Assembly: GCA_016931955.1 (NCBI GenBank)
Contig: JAFGDV010000022.1
Span: 51,768 to 115,767 of the forward strand
Reading direction: 5' to 3'
Length of the DNA: 64,000 bases
Origin: Candidatus Altiarchaeota archaeon
GTDB lineage: Archaea > Altiarchaeota > Altiarchaeia > IMC4 > QMZM01
Positions 58,151 to 64,000 of this stretch are shown one piece after another; position 1 is the first letter of the stretch, and each line of letters begins with the position of its first letter. Made by a program: the position numbers and the translations under genes. The notes below the pieces were generated by a model that saw nothing but the letters and a program-made list of their open reading frames with translations, did not search any database and was not told the DNA's origin.

Positions 58151-59230
58151 TTACCTGAAGACCCTTAAAAACATTATAAAACCAAACACTAAAACAAGGA
58201 CGGTAACAACCAAAACAAATATCGTCGAAGGCACGTCCCTTAAAGTCCGGAAATAATATGCTTCACCAGAGGATGTTCCAACAAATATTCCTGAGTTGGT
58301 TACATGCGCGTCTTTAACCCACCCCTCTGTCTCGTACTCCCAGAGGCTTATGCGGTTGGTGTTGAACAGGTAGAGCCTGTTATCGAGTGTTGATGCCAGC
58401 ACAAGATTTCCGTCTGCTGCAACCGCTGTCACAGAATCTGATAGGTACTTATCCCAGACAAGCCTTCCATTAGCACTGAAGAGGTAAAGACCTCTATCCC
58501 TCAGACCTGCTGCTACGTAGTTCTTCGACGCATACACTGACCCTATCTGGTCAGGCAGCCTGTAGCTCCAGTTCCGTGTCCCATCCAAGTCAAAGAAATG
58601 CAGTTCATTGTTTCCGAGACCTACAACCACATAGTCCTCGGATATGTGCGCTGATCTCACATAAGACTCTAGGAGAATGGACCTTAGATACTCGCTTTCT
58701 AGGCTGAAAACGTATATCTGTTTGTCTGAGACGGCGACTATCGAGTTGTCCCTGATCCTCACGTAAAGGAGGTAAGCGTCAGTCTTCTGCTTCCATATGA
58801 GCCTCCTCGAGGTATCAAACACCTGGAGATAACCGTCTCTGGTACCAATGGCAATGGTTTCACCTTCTATGTCGACTGCGTGAGGGTATTCCACATAGCT
58901 CTCCAAGGCCATCTCCCACTGGACCTTCCCATCATGATCCAAGAGGGTTATCATGTTGTTCATGGAAGCAACTACTACAAAGTCTTCAGAAACAGCTGTC
59001 GCTTTCACTCCGTCCCTGCTTCCATGCGTCCATTTCGGCCTCAAATAAACGTCAAAGAAGTAAGCATTGTCGTCTTCTGACCCCACAACGACTCCGCTAT
59101 CTGAGACCGAGATAGAGTTCACAGCACCCCCTGCAGAATAAACCTTCGTCGGATTGACCATTTCCCCGAAAACCTCAGCCGACACAAAAATGAGACACGC
59201 CAACAAAAGAAAAAGGACCTTTTTCGTCAT
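58151..59230 (-). CDS. PQQ-like beta-propeller membrane-anchored protein
   Basis: Signal peptide; repeated G..D..LY.F...G...W; C-terminal TM. Confidence 0.8.
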   Translation of the reverse strand: MTKKVLFLLLACLIFVSAEVFGEMVNPTKVYSAGGAVNSISVSDSGVVVGSEDDNAYFFDVYLRPKWTHGSRDGVKATAVSEDFVVVASMNNMITLLDHDGKVQWEMALESYVEYPHAVDIEGETIAIGTRDGYLQVFDTSRRLIWKQKTDAYLLYVRIRDNSIVAVSDKQIYVFSLESEYLRSILLESYVRSAHISEDYVVVGLGNNELHFFDLDGTRNWSYRLPDQIGSVYASKNYVAAGLRDRGLYLFSANGRLVWDKYLSDSVTAVAADGNLVLASTLDNRLYLFNTNRISLWEYETEGWVKDAHVTNSGIFVGTSSGEAYYFRTLRDVPSTIFVLVVTVLVLVFGFIMFLRVFR

Positions 59231-59273
59231 GATATTATTTAAGACTGAATCGATAAGAATATATTTGAGGAGA

Positions 59274-60572
59274 ATGGAGATCCAGGAGAGGTTAACCGAG
59301 GCCGAAGAAGGTGATCACGATATTAATTCCTTCATAGTCTTTGACAGGGAGGGCGTTTCTAGGAGGGATGTGGCTGAGAAGGGCAGACTGAAGGACCTCT
59401 TTATTGGAGTCAAGTCTAACATCAACGTTGCGGGTTTGTTGGTTTCAGCTGGCTCCAAGACCCTTGAGAACTATATCTCGCCTTATGATGCCTCCGTCGT
59501 GGAACAGATAAAAAATGCAGGCGGCCTTATCCTTGGGATGCTGAACATGGACGAATTCGCCTGCGGCTCCTCCGGGGAGACTTCTTACTTTGGCGTAACT
59601 GATAACCCTAACGCTCGGGGGCATATTACTGGGGGTTCATCCAGCGGTTCTGCAGCATCCGTCGCAGCAGGCTTCGTGGATGCTGCCCTTGGCTCGGACA
59701 CTGGCGGCTCCATCAGGAATCCCGCCTCCCACTGTGGCGTCGTCGGCTTTAAGCCGACCTACGGTGTTGTCTCCCGTTATGGCTTGATTGATATGGCGAT
59801 GTCCCTGGACCAGATCGGTCCCCTAGCGAGGGACGTCAAGACCGCTGCCCTATTGTTGGAGGTCATCGCAGGCCATGATCCAAGGGATGAGACCTCCTTG
59901 GACCTTGAGTCTGGATTCTATCGCTTCTTTGAGAACCTTGATCCTGCTTTGGGGGATGTTAGATTGGGTTATGCTCACGAATTCGATGAACTGATTCAGG
60001 ATAAGGGCATAAAGAGGGTAATCCATAAGGCCTTGGATGGATTCAGCTCTTCTGGTGCCGAGATCGTCGACGTTAGTCTGCCTAATCTGGAGATTGCTCT
60101 TCCGACTTACTACTTGAATGTCTATGTCGAGTTTTTCTCCGCCACCCGGAAGTATGATGGCCGGAGGTATGGTCATCGGATCGAGGACGTCTGTGGCGAG
60201 GAGGTTCTCCGCAGGATTTTACTTGGTAGCTACATCAGCCAGAAGGAGTTCAGCGGCAGATTTTATAGGAAGGCTTTGATGGCTCGTTCCTTGATCCGGA
60301 GGGAGCTTTCTTCTGCTCTTAGAGATGTGGATGTCCTCGTGGGTCCGACGGTGCCGAAGCTGCCTCATCGGTTGGGCACAAGAATAGAGGACCCTATGGT
60401 GATGTACGCCTATGATGTCTTCACCGTGCCCGTGAATCTCGCAGGGGTTCCAGCAGGCACCGTCCCAGCAGGAGAAGTAGACTGCATACCCACAGGCTTA
60501 CAGATCATAGGAGACGCCTTAGACGACCAAAAAGTACTGAACGTTATGGCCGCCTTCGAACAATGCAGGTAA
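59274..60572 (+). CDS. gatA: Asp/Glu-tRNA amidotransferase subunit A
   Basis: VKSNI; GGSSSGS; GSDTGGSIR.PA; EEVLRRILLG. Confidence 0.93.
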   Translation: MEIQERLTEAEEGDHDINSFIVFDREGVSRRDVAEKGRLKDLFIGVKSNINVAGLLVSAGSKTLENYISPYDASVVEQIKNAGGLILGMLNMDEFACGSSGETSYFGVTDNPNARGHITGGSSSGSAASVAAGFVDAALGSDTGGSIRNPASHCGVVGFKPTYGVVSRYGLIDMAMSLDQIGPLARDVKTAALLLEVIAGHDPRDETSLDLESGFYRFFENLDPALGDVRLGYAHEFDELIQDKGIKRVIHKALDGFSSSGAEIVDVSLPNLEIALPTYYLNVYVEFFSATRKYDGRRYGHRIEDVCGEEVLRRILLGSYISQKEFSGRFYRKALMARSLIRRELSSALRDVDVLVGPTVPKLPHRLGTRIEDPMVMYAYDVFTVPVNLAGVPAGTVPAGEVDCIPTGLQIIGDALDDQKVLNVMAAFEQCR

Positions 60573-60883
60573 GAATTGTTATCTGTTGATTTCGTTTTTT
60601 TCGATTTCTTGAATGTCTTTTCCAGGTCAGGGGTTTCCAGTATGAGGGTTCCACTAGGTTTTAGAACCCGGAACCACTCACTGAGGATGTATTTATAATG
60701 TATGTAGTCGAAGTGTTCCACTAATTGTGAGGCCTCGATGGATTCAACCGTGTTTGATTCATAGGGTAAATCACATACATCAACTACTTTGTCTGCAACA
60801 GAATCGAATTTATCTATGTTAACGTATCCAGGCTTGTAGATGGAACCACTGCCCAGATTAAGCCTGACTTTTTTATCGGCCAT
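60410..60883 (-). pseudogene. Truncated SAM-dependent methyltransferase-like gene
   Basis: LNLGSG..GYVNID; HF..EW.RVLKP.G..ETPD, then runs antisense into gatA. Confidence 0.6.
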
Positions 60884-60934
60884 AATTAGTTTAGCTCATC
60901 CAGGATTATAACGTATCGAGCGTCGTGGTCGTGT

Positions 60935-61156
60935 TTAGGTTTCTTGTTCTTGCTTTATGAATGTGAACCAGATGAGGATGAGCACTATCGCTAGTGCTGT
61001 GAAGGTGGTTGCTGATTCTGCGGGGGATGCTGTTATTCGCCCCACTATGCTGGTTTCCTCGCTGCTTGGTTTCATGAACTGCAAGCATAATATGACGGAT
61101 GCTATGACGACGAAGGTGACTAATCCAACCAGGTAGTTAAAGTGTTTTTCCTGCAT
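60935..61156 (-). CDS. Small two-TM protein
   Basis: Two TMs flanking S.VG..T. Confidence 0.65.
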   Translation of the reverse strand: MQEKHFNYLVGLVTFVVIASVILCLQFMKPSSEETSIVGRITASPAESATTFTALAIVLILIWFTFIKQEQET

Positions 61157-61178
61157 CTTTTACCGTTATTATATTGTT

Positions 61179-61565
61179 TTACTTCTTAATATCTCGTATC
61201 TGCTTTTTCAGTTCTTCGACGTTGGTTGAGTGGAATAGGTGGCTTCGGCAGCCGCAGTCGCCGCATCCGAAACCCTTGACTGAGCTAAAGTGTTCCTTGA
61301 GATGCTGCGCTATCCTGCATTCCCATCTTTTTTCAGATTCCATATATAAGACATCTTCCACCTCTGCGTGCTCAAGCAGGTAGTCTATGTGCCAGTGCCT
61401 GTTTTTTTCTTTTCTAAGATGTCTTTCCACCCTTCTCTCCAGGTTGTTCATCGCTGAGCCGACGTATGCATAGTACCCCTCTTGGAATCCCAGCTCACCT
61501 AACCTGCCCACATTGATCCGTTTATCCTCAGGAACCCGGATCAACAGAACATATGAGCCCTTCAT
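61179..61565 (-). CDS. DUF123 GIY-YIG (Uri) nuclease
   Basis: GSY.L; YAYVGSAM; R..RH; HWHIDYL; FG..DC.C.SHL. Confidence 0.9.
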   Translation of the reverse strand: MKGSYVLLIRVPEDKRINVGRLGELGFQEGYYAYVGSAMNNLERRVERHLRKEKNRHWHIDYLLEHAEVEDVLYMESEKRWECRIAQHLKEHFSSVKGFGCGDCGCRSHLFHSTNVEELKKQIRDIKK

Positions 61566-61566
61566 T

Positions 61567-62331
61567 CTATCTGCACTCATCTTTTCCTGGATTCTTCCTC
61601 ATCCTTTCGCTCTTCAATGCGCATATTCCCTCATAGATCTGCTGTTTTCTCCGGGCTATGTCGAGGTCTGTTGAGATGTACTTGATTAGTAGGATGCCTG
61701 TGAGGAAGCCCCCTATGTGGGCGAAGTATGCTATCTCCCCCATGAATCCGTACTGTAGGGACATGAATCCTGGGAACAGCTGCATAAGGAACCAGAATCC
61801 GATAAGCAGATAAGCTGGTATGCGTGCTAAGCCTCTGTAGAGGTGGTAGAAGACATTGAAGGGGAATCCTATTAGCAGCACGCTTTTCACGTTGGCCTTT
61901 GGGTAGATGTAGAAGTATGCTCCGAGGACGCCTGCTATTGCGCCAGATGCTCCGAGCATCGGTATCTCCGAGCCTGGATCGATCAGGACTTGGAAGAGCG
62001 ACGCACCCACTCCCGATATCAGGTAGAAAAATATGAATCGTTTCTTCCCCAAGACGTCTTCGATGTTGTTTCCGAATATGTAGAGGAACAGCATGTTTCC
62101 CGCAATATGGAGTAATCCGACGTGCAGGAACATTGAAGTAAATATTGTGTGAAGTGCTTGTCCGCTGGCTATCTCCTTCGGTGTTGCCCCATATGAGTAG
62201 ACGAATGCTTCTACGTCTCCCTCAACAGCCAGGTTTATCTCGAACCAGAAGACCAGGATGTTCAACACGAGGAGGGCATAGACGACCCACGCCCTACTGT
62301 ATGTGGGGTTTTCGTCTTCTATTGGGATCAT
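61567..62331 (-). CDS. Rhomboid intramembrane serine protease
   Basis: TSMFLH...HIAGNM; GASGA; AHIGG. Confidence 0.93.
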   Translation of the reverse strand: MIPIEDENPTYSRAWVVYALLVLNILVFWFEINLAVEGDVEAFVYSYGATPKEIASGQALHTIFTSMFLHVGLLHIAGNMLFLYIFGNNIEDVLGKKRFIFFYLISGVGASLFQVLIDPGSEIPMLGASGAIAGVLGAYFYIYPKANVKSVLLIGFPFNVFYHLYRGLARIPAYLLIGFWFLMQLFPGFMSLQYGFMGEIAYFAHIGGFLTGILLIKYISTDLDIARRKQQIYEGICALKSERMRKNPGKDECR

Positions 62332-62332
62332 C

Positions 62333-62920
62333 TTATCCTGCACCGAATTCCTTGAGTGAGTAGTATATTGCGTCAGCTATCAGTGTCTTTCTTCCTATCA
62401 TACAGTTGATGTTCTTGAGCCTCCGTCCCTCAGAGAAGTAGTTGGACTCGAAGGCGAAGTCGAGGAAGAATGCGATCGTTGAAGGCACTCTACCCAGGTG
62501 TAAAGCATTCTTGGGCGAATCCTCTCCTATGAAGACGTTCACTCCTTCCGGGGCCTCTTCGGTCATCAGCAGCAGATTTACTGGTTGTTTTTCTTTTTCT
62601 ATTTTTTCCAGGTCTTCTCTGTTCACTAATGCGCAGTATTCTGGGGGCTCGAATCTGTGTTTCACCCCCTCTATGATGTCAATCAACTGGAAAACCGTCT
62701 CTGCTATGCTTTCCGGTTTGCTGTAGTCTACTGTCTCCAGTAATTTTTCTCTACATTCTTTCGCTTCCTTGACTGTTTTTACTTCCTTTCCTGAGAGTTT
62801 TTTTACAATGGGAAGGGGTGCCGGCCTGGTTTCTACTGTGCCCGCTTCTTCTGCGAGTCTTATCTTTGTCTTGGTGAGGCTGAACAGCTTCTTTAAGCCT
62901 TTCTGGGCGTATTTTTCCAT
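62333..62920 (-). CDS. Hypothetical protein
   Basis: 195-aa ORF in operon with rhomboid; no recognised motif. Confidence 0.65.
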   Translation of the reverse strand: MEKYAQKGLKKLFSLTKTKIRLAEEAGTVETRPAPLPIVKKLSGKEVKTVKEAKECREKLLETVDYSKPESIAETVFQLIDIIEGVKHRFEPPEYCALVNREDLEKIEKEKQPVNLLLMTEEAPEGVNVFIGEDSPKNALHLGRVPSTIAFFLDFAFESNYFSEGRRLKNINCMIGRKTLIADAIYYSLKEFGAG

Positions 62921-62991
62921 TTATATCCTTTTGTATACAAATTATATTTGATATACAGTAATTAAGAGTGAGTAATAGTGGGGTGATTCAG

Positions 62992-63276
62992 ATGGCTGAA
63001 AAGTTAGGGGATAACATTGTTTTGGTTGGTAGGAAGGAGATTATGAGTTACGTGCTTGCTGTTGTTACGCAGTTCAACGCCGGCGAGAAGGATGTTATCA
63101 TTAAGGCGCGCGGTAAAGCGATCAGCAGGGCGGTTGATATTGCGGAGATCGTCAAGCGCAGGTTTGTTCAGAACCTGAATACTGGGGACATCGTCATCGG
63201 CACCGAAGAGATCCAAGGCGACGAAGGCCCTGTGAAGGTTTCCACCATCGAGATAACCCTCGCCAAACAGGGCTGA
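62992..63276 (+). CDS. albA: Chromatin protein Alba
   Basis: GRK..MSYV; [14 protein letters not shown]; VSTIEI. Confidence 0.97.
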   Translation: MAEKLGDNIVLVGRKEIMSYVLAVVTQFNAGEKDVIIKARGKAISRAVDIAEIVKRRFVQNLNTGDIVIGTEEIQGDEGPVKVSTIEITLAKQG

Positions 63277-63352
63277 ACACCGTTTATATTATTCTAACCG
63301 AGGCTGATTTATATACCCTCATTTCTATAGATAACTTTATAGAAGATTATTG

Positions 63353-64000
63353 GTGATTAAAGTTATCCCTACAAAAAACAATTTAGACCCAAAACCATAT
63401 CCCTTATTCTTGATAACAATTATACTAGCATTATCTCTTCTAGGGGTTGATGAAGCAACCTTTGTTACAGATAACACAATAAATGAACCCGTAGAAGTCA
63501 AAAACCTGACCTTGAACGATACCTCCAACATGACTCATGACGTCGAAGTAGCTATTGACTACAAAGACAGTGTGAACGGCATAAAACTCCTAGATAACGG
63601 AACCCCTACCCTAGAAGACCCAACCAACCTGTCCACCAATAGAGCCTACTTGATTAGATATAAGATAAGGAACAAAGGAGATTTCAACGAGACCATAAAC
63701 ATAACCATAACAGTGAGTAATAGCTCCTCTCTGGATGCAATTAAAAAACATAAGTGGAATCTAAATGCTGGAGAATACAGATCTTCTCCAGGGGATGAAT
63801 GGAACACAACAAACCTAAATGGCAAATACATAATAAGCGTGAATACCTCAATCCCAGATGACTGCAACATATCCAACAACCTCAGAGTGCGGGAGGTAAA
63901 CATTCTAACCCAGACCACAACAACAAGCTCAACAAGCACCACAACTACTACATCAACAACTACAACAACTATGGAAACCACGACAACCTCGACAACAAGC
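63353..64000 (+). CDS. Secreted CARDB-like, Thr-rich surface protein (runs off the window)
   Basis: Open frame from GTG 63353; hydrophobic N-region; IRNKG...D.N.SNN; poly-Thr/Ser. Confidence 0.7.
   Translation, partial: MIKVIPTKNNLDPKPYPLFLITIILALSLLGVDEATFVTDNTINEPVEVKNLTLNDTSNMTHDVEVAIDYKDSVNGIKLLDNGTPTLEDPTNLSTNRAYLIRYKIRNKGDFNETINITITVSNSSSLDAIKKHKWNLNAGEYRSSPGDEWNTTNLNGKYIISVNTSIPDDCNISNNLRVREVNILTQTTTTSSTSTTTTTSTTTTTMETTTTSTTS

Overview
Archaeal chromosomal DNA, probably Candidatus Altiarchaeota or a related DPANN-type lineage. The taxon is inferred from archaeal TFE, Alba, L34e, AdkA and SRP RNA, Thr-rich lipoproteins, DCGG Cys-repeat surface proteins and mptG. Positions 1-~8970 are the right-hand part of a more AT-rich integrated, apparently capsid-less element. 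It carries a tyrosine integrase, divergent wHTH and RHH regulators with an operator-like palindrome, an AEP primase/MCM-like helicase fusion, two clusters of a TCTGACAnn iteron-like repeat, a putative SSB, Zn-finger proteins, membrane proteins, an AbrB protein and a histone-fold protein with a Lys-rich N-tail and C-terminal extension. The rest is host DNA: lipoproteins, corA, adkA-DUF106-rpl34e, giant beta-helix surface proteins, nurA, a MacB-type ABC system, ferredoxin-DGGR, phasin-UbiB, an AI-2E transporter with a Cys-repeat insertion, Tes, proS, an HTH-FIST regulator facing two paralogous unknown small genes across a 32-bp palindrome, secG, SRP RNA with a UGGC helix-8 loop, ftsZ, tfe, two purP, a P-type ATPase, mptG, ychF, gatA, rhomboid and alba. 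The strongest novelty candidates are the histone-encoding integrated element and the FIST/operator/paralog-pair module. All family calls come from motif recognition by eye, not database searches.
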